In this document: one piece after another, positions 1 to 9,574 of the stretch
Layout of the letters: each line of letters opens with the position of its first letter
Numbering within the stretch: the stretch's first letter is position 1
NCBI GenBank assembly: GCA_965215185.1
Contig: OZ244034.1
Coordinates: 2,624,001-2,688,000 of the forward strand
Direction: 5' to 3'
DNA length: 64,000 nucleotides
Origin: Acidimicrobiia bacterium
GTDB taxonomy: Bacteria > Actinomycetota > Acidimicrobiia > Spongiisociales > ZC4RG35
Translations under genes and position numbers: made by a program
The notes under the pieces: generated by a model
Seen by the model: the letters and a program-made list of their open reading frames with translations, nothing else
Told to the model about the DNA's origin: nothing
Database searches by the model: none

Positions 1-16
1 AACCCAGGTCGCCCGA

Positions 17-874
17 TCAGCGGTCGGTGCGATAGGGGTTGAGGAGGTCGGTGAGGGTGTCGCCCAGCAGGGTGAAAATCAGGACGGTCAAGAAGATGGC
101 GCTTCCTGCTCCCACCGCCAGCCAGGGGTTGATGGAGATCAGGGTCTTTCCGGTGTTGAGCATGGCGCCCCAGGACGGCGCGGGCGGCTGAGCGCCCAGG
201 CCCAGGAAACTGAGCGCCGCCTCGGGGAGGACCGCAGTGGCGAAGGTGAGGGTGAACTGCACCAGGATGATCGAGGTGAGGTTGGGCAAAAGCGACCGTT
301 GCATCAGATAGATGTGGCTGGCCCCCAAGGCTCTCCCGGCCAGAATGAACTCGCTTTCCCGAAGGGACAGGGCCATACCGCGCACCAAGCGGGCGAAGCG
401 GGGAATCTGGACGATGCCGATGGCGATGATGGTATTTCGTAGGTTGGTTCCCAGCACCGCCACCGTGGCCATGGCCAGGATGATGGGGGGAAACGCCAAC
501 AGTCCGTCGGTAGTACGCATCATGATCGTGTCGGTGAGTTTGCCGAAGTAACCGCTGATAACCCCCATAGGCACTCCGAATATCACCGCAATCGCGGTGG
601 AAGCAAAGCCCACATAAAGCGAGACTCGGGCACCGTAGATCACCCGACTGAAAATGTCCCTGCCAATCTCATCGGTCCCCAGCCAGAACTGGGCCGAAGG
701 CAACTCAAAGGGATAGGCGACCGATTCGGTGGAACCGTACGGCGCCAGCAGATCGGCGAAAACCGCCACCAGCACCAGAGCCGCCACCATGGTCAAGGTG
801 AACAGGTGCACCGGGTTGCGGACTATTGCCCTCCAAAGTTTGCGTTTCTCCGAGAACGGCGCCGGCGACGTCAT
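17..874 (-). CDS. Dipeptide/oligopeptide ABC permease (DppC-like), copy 1
   Basis: LGTDEIGRD and EAALSFLGLG motifs; close paralog of 32933-33790, but AVLPEAA instead of AVLTEAA. Confidence 0.9.
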   Translation of the reverse strand: MTSPAPFSEKRKLWRAIVRNPVHLFTLTMVAALVLVAVFADLLAPYGSTESVAYPFELPSAQFWLGTDEIGRDIFSRVIYGARVSLYVGFASTAIAVIFGVPMGVISGYFGKLTDTIMMRTTDGLLAFPPIILAMATVAVLGTNLRNTIIAIGIVQIPRFARLVRGMALSLRESEFILAGRALGASHIYLMQRSLLPNLTSIILVQFTLTFATAVLPEAALSFLGLGAQPPAPSWGAMLNTGKTLISINPWLAVGAGSAIFLTVLIFTLLGDTLTDLLNPYRTDR

Positions 875-896
875 ATTGAGTTTCTGCCTTCTTTGT

Positions 897-1844
897 TCAT
901 GAGCGGGAGATCCTTGGGTCGAGCCACGAATAGGTCAGGTCGACCAGCAGGTTGATGATCACGAAGGTGGCGGCTGACACCAGTACCGCGATCTGCACGA
1001 CGTCAAAGGCCCGGTTAAGGATGGATTGGATCATCAGCCACCCCAATCCCGGCCAGGTGAATATTTGTTCGATCACCACCATCCCTCCCACCAGCAGCCC
1101 GAAGTTGACTCCCACCTCCGTAATAAGCGGTATTGCGGCGTTCCGGAATGCGTGCCAGTAGTTCACCCGCCGTTCGGTCAGCCCTTTGGCGCGGGCGGTG
1201 CGCACGTAATCGGCCCGGAGAACCTCCAACATCCCGGCTCTCATGAACCGGGTGAGCCGGGCGGCGGTCACCGATCCAATGGTGATGACCGGCATGATTA
1301 GTTGGCTGAGGTGCTTGATCGGATCTTCTCCGAATGGAACATATCCACCGGGCGGAAGGAGGGGGAACACCTCTACCAGAAGGATGAGCAGACCGATTCC
1401 CATCACATAGGTGGGCATGCTGAAACCCAGGGTGGTGAAGACCCGGGCAGTGTGGTCAACCCAGGTCCCTTCCCGGATGGCGGAGATCATCCCCAGTGGA
1501 ATGGCTACCAAAACAGCCAGGATTATGGACAGCGTGGTCAGTTCCAAGGTGCGCCCCAAAGCCGGGAAAACCAGGCTGGAGACTTCGGCGCCTCCATGAG
1601 TGATCGAACTTCCAAAGTCCCCTCGAGCCAGGTTCCCCATCCATCGCAGATACTGGGTAGCGAGCGGGTCGTTGAGACCCATCTCCTCACGCAGCGCTTG
1701 GTAAGCCTCGGGTGGCGCGTCGAGACCGAGCGTCATGGCGGCGGGGTCACCCGGCACCAGCCGGAAGATTACGAACACGGCGGTGGACACTATCCACATC
1801 ACCAAAAGCCCGTGCAGCAGGCGACGGACGAGGTATCTGGTCAT
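897..1844 (-). CDS. ABC permease (DppB-like), copy 1
   Basis: Real start MTRYLVRR at 1844 inside the 651-aa ORF; PGDPA, DYVRTARAKG, IFTWPGLG. Confidence 0.9.
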   Translation of the reverse strand: MTRYLVRRLLHGLLVMWIVSTAVFVIFRLVPGDPAAMTLGLDAPPEAYQALREEMGLNDPLATQYLRWMGNLARGDFGSSITHGGAEVSSLVFPALGRTLELTTLSIILAVLVAIPLGMISAIREGTWVDHTARVFTTLGFSMPTYVMGIGLLILLVEVFPLLPPGGYVPFGEDPIKHLSQLIMPVITIGSVTAARLTRFMRAGMLEVLRADYVRTARAKGLTERRVNYWHAFRNAAIPLITEVGVNFGLLVGGMVVIEQIFTWPGLGWLMIQSILNRAFDVVQIAVLVSAATFVIINLLVDLTYSWLDPRISRS

Positions 1845-2852
1845 GGCCCACCGACCGCGTTTGCTTCGCCACCCGGATAATGGCAGGCCACCATGGTCTT
1901 GGCCACCGACGCCAGCGGGGGATCCTGGTCCACGCACCTGTGGTCGCCGCGCCAACATCTGGTGCGGAACCGGCAGCCCGAAGGGGGATCCAAGGGATTG
2001 GGCAGGTCGCCGGTGAGGATGATCCGTTTGCGGGTTTGCCTGCCCAGAGCGGCCGAAATGTCGGGAACCGCCGAGAGAAGGGCGATCGTATAGGGGTGCT
2101 GCGGGGAGTTGAACACCTCGTCCCGGGGGCCTTCCTCGACTATCCGACCCAGATACATCACGGCCACCCGATCGGAGACCTGTCCTACCACCGACAGATC
2201 GTGGGCGATAAACAGGTACGCCAGGCCCAGTTCGTTTTGGAGGTCTTCCAGCAAGTTGAGAATCTGGGCCTGGATGGAGACATCCAGGGCTGACACCGGC
2301 TCGTCCAACACCAAAAGGGAAGGCTGAAGGGCCAAGGCTCTGGCGATGGCGATCCGCTGGCGCTGGCCGCCAGAGAACTCGTGGGGAAACCGCCGCAGGG
2401 AATCGGGAGGCAGTTGCACCAGGGAAAGAAGCTCCGGGATGCGCTTTCGGGCTACTTCTCGAGGTATGCCATGGATAGTGAAAGGCTCGAGGAGGATCTG
2501 TTGCACGCGAAAACGAGGGTTGAGGGAAGCGTAAGGATCCTGGAAGACAATCTGCATCTGTTGACGCAGCGGACGCATCTGCTGATGGTTGAAGTGAGTG
2601 ATCTCCTGTCCCGAAAAACTCAGGCTGCCGGCCGAAGGCTCTAGGAGTCGAAGGATCGTTCTCCCCAAGGTGGACTTGCCGCATCCCGACTCTCCCACCA
2701 ACCCCAAGGTTTGACCCGGCTTGATGGAGAGGGTGACGTTCTCCACCGCCACCAAAATGGTGGCCTTCTGAGCGCCGCTTCGGCGGATGTGATAACGGGT
2801 GGTGATATCCCGTACCTCCAGAATCGGCCCCTCCGGCGCCGTCTTTACTCAT
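1841..2852 (-). pseudogene. ABC ATP-binding subunit (DppF-like), copy 1, with a +1 frameshift near 2828-2831
   Basis: GESGCGKS, FSGGQRQR, C-terminal Cys motif. ATG at 2852 is out of frame with PILEVRDITT.. by one extra G relative to the paralog (MNTDTAQRPILDIRD). Confidence 0.75.
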
Positions 2853-3859
2853 GTTCCCCTCTCCTTAGCCCAAGAGGCCGCCTCGTCGGTGAAATGGCAG
2901 GCAGCCTGTTGGCCGGTCCCCAAATCCAGGAGTTGCGGAGTGTCAGATCTGCACACCGAACGTTCTCGTCCTATTGCGCAACGGGGATGGAAGGGACAGC
3001 CCGGCGGCACGTTGGCCATGTCAGGAGGCTGCCCGGGAATGGAGTAGAGCTTGGTCCGTTTACGTTGTATTGAGGGGATGGACGCCAGCAACCCGATCGT
3101 GTAGGGGTGCCGGGGCCGAGAAAAGATATCGGCGATGTTGCCCTCCTCAACGATGCGCCCGGCGTACATCACTATCACCCGGTCGGCTATCTGGGAGACC
3201 AGCCCCAGGTCGTGGGTGATGAGAATCGAGGCCGCCCCGGTCTCTTCACGAGCGGCTTTCAGTGTTTCGATCACCTGCGCCTGAATGGTGACATCCAGGG
3301 CGGTGGTCGGTTCGTCGGCGATCAGCAGTTTGGGCCGGTTGGCCATAGCCATGGCGATCATGGCCCGCTGTCGCATGCCACCTGAGTATTCGTGAGGGAA
3401 CTGGTTGTAGCGCCGTTCAGGTTGAGGAATGCCCACCATTTCCAACAACTCGACCCCGCGCCGCCGATGGGCGTCATTGGGACTTGATGGATTGTGGGTC
3501 CACAGTGCTTCTCGTATTTGTTCTCCCACCCGGATCACCGGATTCAGAGAGGTCATGGGATCCTGGAAAACCATGGAGATCTCCCGACCTCGGATAGAGC
3601 GCAGGGCTTCTGCCGAGAGTGAGAGCAGGTCCTTGCCTTCGAAGAGAGCCCGTCCGACGGTGATCTCTCCGGGCGGACGGGGGATGAGCCCAAGGATGCT
3701 GAGTACCGTCACGGTTTTCCCGGATCCGGATTCGCCCACTATCCCCAGGGTTTCTCCGGCGCCGATGGAGAAACTGACGCCGTTGACGGCATTGATCACC
3801 TGGTCGGGGGTGTTGAACCGGACGCACAACCTGTCCACGGTCAGCAGCGGAGCGTGCAT
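2849..3859 (-). CDS. ABC ATP-binding subunit (DppD-like), copy 1
   Basis: GESGSGKT, YSGGMRQR, DEPTTALD, CPFHPRC. Confidence 0.92.
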   Translation of the reverse strand: MHAPLLTVDRLCVRFNTPDQVINAVNGVSFSIGAGETLGIVGESGSGKTVTVLSILGLIPRPPGEITVGRALFEGKDLLSLSAEALRSIRGREISMVFQDPMTSLNPVIRVGEQIREALWTHNPSSPNDAHRRRGVELLEMVGIPQPERRYNQFPHEYSGGMRQRAMIAMAMANRPKLLIADEPTTALDVTIQAQVIETLKAAREETGAASILITHDLGLVSQIADRVIVMYAGRIVEEGNIADIFSRPRHPYTIGLLASIPSIQRKRTKLYSIPGQPPDMANVPPGCPFHPRCAIGRERSVCRSDTPQLLDLGTGQQAACHFTDEAASWAKERGT

Positions 3860-3894
3860 CTCGCTTGAAAGTACCTCGTCTCGGAAAATCTTGT

Positions 3895-3933
3895 GGAAGG
3901 GGAGGAAGACGCCGAAACATCTTCCTCCCCTCC
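3895..3933 (-). terminator. Stem-loop downstream of the SBP gene (attenuator or mRNA stabiliser)
   Basis: GGGGAGGAAGA..TCTTCCTCCCC inverted repeat; equivalent hairpin at the same position in the paralog (36818-36857). Confidence 0.55.
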
Positions 3934-3947
3934 GGGGATTGCTGTGG

Positions 3948-4856
3948 TTATCCGCCCTTGGAAACGTTGGTCAAGAACAGATGTCCTTGGGTATGAGCGA
4001 TAAAGCCCGAGACGTTGGCCGCCGCCGCAATCGGCGTGACCCGTCCACCCAGCACGATTTGGGGCTGTTCCTCCATCGCCCACAACTGCAACTGCTGCAT
4101 AGCGGCGTAATAGTCGTCGTCGGACGGTATGGACCGGACATTGGTCAGTAGCTCATAGAACTCCGGCTTTTGGTCGATCCATCCCAGCGTCTCGGTGAAG
4201 AGCTTGTTGTAGGGATGGTTCAACAGGTCATACTCGTCGGGCTTGGGAACCATGGCGCACAGGGCCAAGTCGAAGTTGCCGAAGTTGTCCAAGTCCTGGC
4301 TGAAGGCGATCAGGGTGCGGTTCACGTAAGTGCCCACATCCATGATGTTGAGCTCTATATCGATGCCAAGATTGGCCAACTGGCTCTGGACTCCCTGGGC
4401 CAGGGTGTCGAACTGGAATCCCAATCCGCACACGATCATCTCTCCACCATCGAACCCGTTGGCATAGCCGGCCTCGGCCAGAAGGGCCTTGGCGCCTTCC
4501 ACATCAGGCGTGTTGTACGATGGAGCGTCGGCGTTGAAGAAGGCGGGGTTGGCTTCCATCGGGTTGGAGATCAACTGCATGAAGCCGAACAGGCTCCGCG
4601 CCAGGCCCTGGCGATCCAAGGACATACTGACCGCCTTGCGAACCTGGGGGTTGGACCAGGGGTCGTGGCGGGTATTCACATGGAAGTGGTAGATACCCGA
4701 GTTGAAGCCCTCGGCCGGGCCCAGGATCTGCACACCGGCGCTCTGCAGGGTGCCGATCTCGCCCAGCGGCGTCGCGGCCAGCATGTCCACCTCACCGGTG
4801 CGGATCTGCAGCGACTGCACCGTACCGTCGAGAACCGTGCGATAGACGATCCCGTC
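3948..4856 (-). pseudogene. C-terminal half of a family-5 ABC substrate-binding protein (SBP, split gene)
   Basis: Aligns to the C-half of 36876-38753 (YHFHVNTR, CAMVPKPDEYDLLNHPYNKLF); homology stops at DGIVYRT, at 4856. Confidence 0.9.
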
Positions 4857-4997
4857 AGCTCCACCGGATTGGAGATGGTTTCCCAGGTCAGAGGCTTGGT
4901 CTCGCTACGGGTTATCACTTCTTCACAGCGGAGGCGGGCTTTCCCTGTCGCTGCCTCGATTGTTGCACGTGCCTTTACCTTGATGGACCCCTGTCGG

Positions 4998-5207
4998 CTA
5001 GTCGATCAGTTCTATGGCGCCGGTCGGGCAGGCTCGCACAGCCTTGCGCACATTGTCGATGAGCTGCGGCGGGATCGAATCGAGCCGAGCAGTCGAGTAT
5101 CCCTCGTCGGTCATTTCGAAGGCTTCCGGTGCGATGGCCACGCATTGTGCGACTCCCACGCATTCTTCGGTGACTCTTACACGGGAGGCTTCGCCGGTGC
5201 TTGTCAT
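4998..5207 (-). CDS. Ferredoxin (3Fe-4S type, P450 partner)
   Basis: CVGVAQC...CPTGAI; ATGA overlap with the P450 stop. Confidence 0.88.
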   Translation of the reverse strand: MTSTGEASRVRVTEECVGVAQCVAIAPEAFEMTDEGYSTARLDSIPPQLIDNVRKAVRACPTGAIELID

Positions 5208-6451
5208 TCTCGGGTTAGGGATGAGAGGACTGGCAGTGAGATCATTCCTCTGTGGGTCGTAACCGTGTGCCATTGAGGTCTGAAGTCTGGGTCGAGCCGT
5301 GGTGAAGGTACGTGGGTGAGGAGCGATTTGATAGCCACCGCGGTCTCGAGCCTGGCGACGGGCGCCCCGAGACAGAAATGGACGCCGCGGCCGAACGCGG
5401 CTTGTTGCTGGGGTGTGAAAGAGCGATGGATGTCGAACTTCTCCGGATCCTCGAAATGAGCCGGATCCCTGTTTGCCGCTGCAAGAACACAGACAACCCG
5501 TTCACCCGCTTGGATGATCTGTCCGCCGAGTTCGCAGGTCTCAATCGCCGTCCTTCTGTCTTTGGGGAGCGGAGATTCAAAGCGAAGACTCTCCTCCACG
5601 CAGTTGGCGATCAGCCTCTCGTCCTCCTCGACTTCGGCCAGCTGATCAGGATGCGAAAGGAGCAGGAATGCCGTGTTGCCGATTGATGCGGTGGTCGTGC
5701 CGTTGCCGGCGATGATCAGATGAAGACATGTGGCGATGGCCTCCGGCAGCGTGAGGTGGCCGGCGTCGATCATCTGAGCGGCTCGTGTTAGTACATCGTC
5801 TCGAGGTTGCTGGCGGCGTTCGTCGATCCAGGAGGTGAGCAGGCCATGCCATTTGGCGAGATTCTGATCGAAGTCGCGTGCACGATTGGGATCCGGCGGC
5901 GTGGCTCCGAAGAAGTGGCGCTGGTCCATAGTGACGCTCGGGATGTCCACCCGGTGAGACCGAGGAACTCCTACTACCTCGGAAACAACCTCCACGGGAA
6001 GTGGTTCCGCCAACTGGGTCACGACATCGACTATTTCATCATCAGCGGTGGCAGCCTCCATCAGCCGGTTGGCCGACGCGGTTATGGCCTCTTCGAAGTT
6101 CGCTACCACACGAGGGACGAAAGAACGTCCGAAGGCTCGCCGGAGCCGCAAATGATCGGGCGGGTCTGTGATATTCAGTTGAGCCACACCGAAGTGGTAG
6201 GCCAGCATCGCGTTCTCTTCGCGCACGGCTGGGTCCAGGTTGTTGATGTGGCTCAGCTCTGCTCCCATGCTGGAGAACATGTGAGGGTTGGTGAGTACCT
6301 CGTCCACGAGGTCGAAGGCGGTCACCAGCCATTGATTCAAGGTCGAGCTCCAGTAGACAGGTGACTCCTCCCGCAGCTTCTTGTAGATGTCATACTGTCG
6401 CGTTGCAAAATCAGCGGAAACCAGGGCGTTTTCGATCTCGGTAATGGGCAT
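5204..6451 (-). CDS. Cytochrome P450
   Basis: Heme motif FGRGVHFCLG, ExxR (ESLR), DPPDH, I-helix AGNGTT. Confidence 0.96.
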   Translation of the reverse strand: MPITEIENALVSADFATRQYDIYKKLREESPVYWSSTLNQWLVTAFDLVDEVLTNPHMFSSMGAELSHINNLDPAVREENAMLAYHFGVAQLNITDPPDHLRLRRAFGRSFVPRVVANFEEAITASANRLMEAATADDEIVDVVTQLAEPLPVEVVSEVVGVPRSHRVDIPSVTMDQRHFFGATPPDPNRARDFDQNLAKWHGLLTSWIDERRQQPRDDVLTRAAQMIDAGHLTLPEAIATCLHLIIAGNGTTTASIGNTAFLLLSHPDQLAEVEEDERLIANCVEESLRFESPLPKDRRTAIETCELGGQIIQAGERVVCVLAAANRDPAHFEDPEKFDIHRSFTPQQQAAFGRGVHFCLGAPVARLETAVAIKSLLTHVPSPRLDPDFRPQWHTVTTHRGMISLPVLSSLTRE

Positions 6452-6544
6452 GAGGACCTAACTCGCCCGCAGGGCGGATCGTATCCTTACCAGGGGCATC
6501 AATTGCCAAGAAAACTGGATAATCATCTGTCAGGAAGCTCCCCC

Positions 6545-6587
6545 TCACACGGAGGGCTGTGGTGGAGACTAGCAGCCCTCCGTGTGA
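6545..6587. terminator. Perfect 15-bp stem hairpin between the SDR and P450 genes
   Basis: TCACACGGAGGGCTG (6545-6559) and CAGCCCTCCGTGTGA (6573-6587). Confidence 0.6.
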
Positions 6588-6640
6588 CCCGGCCTTACTG
6601 GTTTGCGTGCGTACGGTTGTCCGAACCGGCAAATAGCTGG

Positions 6641-7420
6641 TCAGACCATAAGGTCGCCGCCGTTTATGTCCATCGAAGCCCCGGTGATGTAGGCGGCGCG
6701 GTCGGAGGCGAGGAAGGCGACAAGGTCTGCCACTTCGGTCGGTGATCCCAACCGTTGGATCGGGAAGCCAGACGCATACTCATCGGCTCGTTCTACAGAG
6801 ATCGTGCGTCTTGTCATTTCGGTGTCGAACAGCCCGGGACAGATGGCGTTGACGGTTATACCATGCACGGCGACTTCTTTGGCCACTGCCCGGGTCAGTC
6901 CGAGGATGGCGGTCTTTGCGGTCGTGTAGTGGGCGCCTCCCATGGTGCTCACGCTTTTCCCGGCTGTGGATGACATGTTGATGATCCGCCCCCAGCCTTT
7001 CCGCACCATGTCCGGAATCACTTCCTGGGTGCAGTGGAACGTGCCAGTGAGGTTTACCCCCATTACCCAATTCCATTCGCTCTCGGTGATGTCCACAAAG
7101 CGGGTGGGACGCAGGACTCCGGCATTGTTGACCAGGATGTCGATCGAACCTAGTTTCTCCCCGGCGATACCCACCATCCGTGAGACTTCGGCCCGATCAG
7201 TCACATCGGCGGCTACGGCCAGGGCAGCGGCTTCCATCTGACATAGCTCTTTCATGGTCGACGCCAGGTTGTCGACCTCCAGGTCATTGATCACCAAGTT
7301 GGCCCCGGAGCGGGCCAGGCGGAGCGAGATTGCCCTGCCCATCCCTTGGGCCGCGCCGGTTACCAGCGCCGTTTTTCCAAGAAGATCGTCGGATGTTGTG
7401 TTCAGTTGATTGTTATTCAT
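6641..7420 (-). CDS. SDR family oxidoreductase (FabG-like)
   Basis: TGAAQGMG, NNAG, YTTAK. Confidence 0.92.
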   Translation of the reverse strand: MNNNQLNTTSDDLLGKTALVTGAAQGMGRAISLRLARSGANLVINDLEVDNLASTMKELCQMEAAALAVAADVTDRAEVSRMVGIAGEKLGSIDILVNNAGVLRPTRFVDITESEWNWVMGVNLTGTFHCTQEVIPDMVRKGWGRIINMSSTAGKSVSTMGGAHYTTAKTAILGLTRAVAKEVAVHGITVNAICPGLFDTEMTRRTISVERADEYASGFPIQRLGSPTEVADLVAFLASDRAAYITGASMDINGGDLMV

Positions 7421-8423
7421 CTGGGGTCAATCCTCTTTGTGAGCGAGCCTCGGGGTTGACAAGATTCTTGGGTAACTGACCATCCAGGTAACGGATCGCC
7501 TCTTTCGCGGTGTTGATAGCGAGTTCATGGGAGGCGTCCTCGGAGAACCAGGCGGTGTGTGAGGTCACGAGAACGTTTGGCCGGCTGAGGATCGGATGGT
7601 CCAAGTCGGGGTCGGGCTCTCCGTCGAGCACATCCAGTGCAGCATACGAAACCGATCCCGATTCGATTGCCTCATCAAGTGCATCCAGATCGATAAGCCC
7701 TCCCCGGCTGGTATTGAGGATCACCACACCCTTGCGAGCCGTTTCAAAGCTGCGGGCATCCAGCAGATGGTGAGTCTCTTCGGTCAATGGGCAATGAAGC
7801 GAGACAATGTCCGATGTTGCTAAGAGCTCCTGCAGATCGACAGATGTCGTCCCCACCGCTTGGTGTTGTTGGGGTGGCAGGAAAGGGTCAAAGGTAACGA
7901 CATCCAGACCGAAGCTGGCCGCTCTGCGCGCCACCGATCGGCCGATTCTCCCAAAGCCCACGATGCCAAGGCGCCTGCCGTTTAGCCGGCGCATGGCAGG
8001 AAGGGTTGCGGTGACATGCCAGGAGCGCTTCTGCCGCCAGGTTGTCATGCACTCCGGCAGCCTCCGCATTGCCGAGAGCATCAGGAGCATCGTATGGTCG
8101 GCGACCTCGTCAACGCAGAAATCCGGTACGTTGGCAACCCAGATACCGGCAGCTGTGGCGGCTTCCACGTCGATCACGTCGTAGCCAATCCCAGCCCTGA
8201 TCAGCAGACCGGTTTCCTTCAGTTTGGAGATCTCCGCCGAAAAAAAGTGCATGCCCCCGATAATGACCACCGGTATCTGCGCTGCTCGGGCTGCGGCCTC
8301 GGCGGGTGTGACACCCGCATCAAGTACATGGACTTTCACCGAAGCAGCTTCGAGATGCTCTACAGCCGGTGCCAGGATTTCGGCTGCGTCGGTTACGAGA
8401 GCCTCTCGCGGTTCGATCCTCAT
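7413..8423 (-). CDS. D-isomer-specific 2-hydroxyacid dehydrogenase (CtBP/SerA-like)
   Basis: GIGYD, GFGRIG, HCPL, NTSRG, DVLDGEP, SHTAW. Confidence 0.9.
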   Translation of the reverse strand: MRIEPREALVTDAAEILAPAVEHLEAASVKVHVLDAGVTPAEAAARAAQIPVVIIGGMHFFSAEISKLKETGLLIRAGIGYDVIDVEAATAAGIWVANVPDFCVDEVADHTMLLMLSAMRRLPECMTTWRQKRSWHVTATLPAMRRLNGRRLGIVGFGRIGRSVARRAASFGLDVVTFDPFLPPQQHQAVGTTSVDLQELLATSDIVSLHCPLTEETHHLLDARSFETARKGVVILNTSRGGLIDLDALDEAIESGSVSYAALDVLDGEPDPDLDHPILSRPNVLVTSHTAWFSEDASHELAINTAKEAIRYLDGQLPKNLVNPEARSQRGLTPDE

Positions 8424-8487
8424 CGTGCCGCCTGCCTTTTTCGCCTAGGGATCGCGAAACCGGCTCCCCAGCCGCTGATCGGGGTAT

Positions 8488-9447
8488 TCACAGGCGTCCC
8501 GCGTCCTTGAGCAGATGGAGGATCTTCTTGGCGGCAAGTTGGTGCAGATCGCCGAGGGCCGAGGCTGATGCCCCGGCCATGTGCGGTGTCTGGATTACGT
8601 TGTTCCGGCCGGAGAGGGGGTCGCGCCTCTCCGGTGGCTCAGGATCTCGAACATCGAGAGCGGCTCCGGCCAGCCGGCCGCTGTCGAGTGCATCGACGAG
8701 CGCCTCTTCGTCGACGAGGCTTCCACGAGCGATGTTTATGAGCACGGCGCCGGGTTTGATAGCCGACAGGGTTTCGTGGTTAATCATCCTTATCGAGTCA
8801 GCGTTCAGCGATGCGCACAAGATCACGTTGTCGGATTCGGCCATAAGGTCTGAGAGTTCCATATGCGGCAGGAGAGGATCGGCGGCGGCCGGCGGGTAGT
8901 GGTGGTGAGCGACGGTGCGCATTCCGAAGGCCCGGGCCCGGATGGCTACCTCCCTTCCAACCCTCCCCGCGCCGATGATCCCGACGGTCTGGCCGTGGAG
9001 GCGGGGGATCTCCCAGACCTCGGGGAAGCGCCTCAGGTCCCATTCCCCGGAGGCGGCGGCAGCCGCCATTGGAACCAAGCGGCGGCGCAGGGCCAGCAGC
9101 AGAGCCATTGCATGCTCGGCCACCTCCTTGGTATTGGCCTGAACATTGGTGACCGCTATTCCGGCCTTCCTGGCAGCCTCGGCGTCGACTTGGTCCTTTC
9201 CGGAGCTGTAACAGAGGATTCCGACGCATCGCTTGAAACCCGCAATAAGCCGGCTGTCAACCTGGACCAGACTGCTTGAAACGACCACGTCCGCCCTTGC
9301 CACGAGGGTGTCCCGGTGTTCCTCATCCTCCGGCACGATAAGGTCGACTCCATGCGCGGCGAGGATTGAACGCTCGATCTCGTACGACCAGCCGTGAGAC
9401 CAGGTCAGGGGGTCGAGAATCGTCGCGACCGGTGGCTCAGACTCCAT
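8488..9447 (-). CDS. Second D-2-hydroxyacid dehydrogenase
   Basis: GAGRVG, NIARG, DVRDPEP, TPHMAG; start uncertain (MESEPP chosen). Confidence 0.85.
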   Translation of the reverse strand: MESEPPVATILDPLTWSHGWSYEIERSILAAHGVDLIVPEDEEHRDTLVARADVVVSSSLVQVDSRLIAGFKRCVGILCYSSGKDQVDAEAARKAGIAVTNVQANTKEVAEHAMALLLALRRRLVPMAAAAASGEWDLRRFPEVWEIPRLHGQTVGIIGAGRVGREVAIRARAFGMRTVAHHHYPPAAADPLLPHMELSDLMAESDNVILCASLNADSIRMINHETLSAIKPGAVLINIARGSLVDEEALVDALDSGRLAGAALDVRDPEPPERRDPLSGRNNVIQTPHMAGASASALGDLHQLAAKKILHLLKDAGRL

Positions 9448-9539
9448 AAACACCTTCGTAGAGAAACGTGCAGTTGCGACGAGCGGGTTCCATGGCTCCT
9501 GGACTACAGTACAGACCAGACGATCGACTAACAAACAGT

Positions 9540-9571
9540 TGAATAGGCGGGATTGTGAATAGGCGGGATTG
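9540..9571 (+). repeat. Exact 16-bp tandem duplication in the divergent promoter/RBS region
   Basis: TGAATAGGCGGGATTG x2. Confidence 0.9.
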
Positions 9572-9574
9572 CAG

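Noticed and set aside
897-2852. 651-aa ORF (and 595/553-aa ORFs at 33813-36418) as fusion proteins
   Set aside because: The N-terminal parts are off-frame readings of the adjacent ATPase genes; real starts are internal
4840-4997. tRNA-derived att site at the island's left end
   Set aside because: No tRNA-like sequence or long direct repeat visible at either junction
9279-9288. AAACGACCAC as a second IS110 target
   Set aside because: Matches the left guide and core only; right flank mismatched, so plausibly chance
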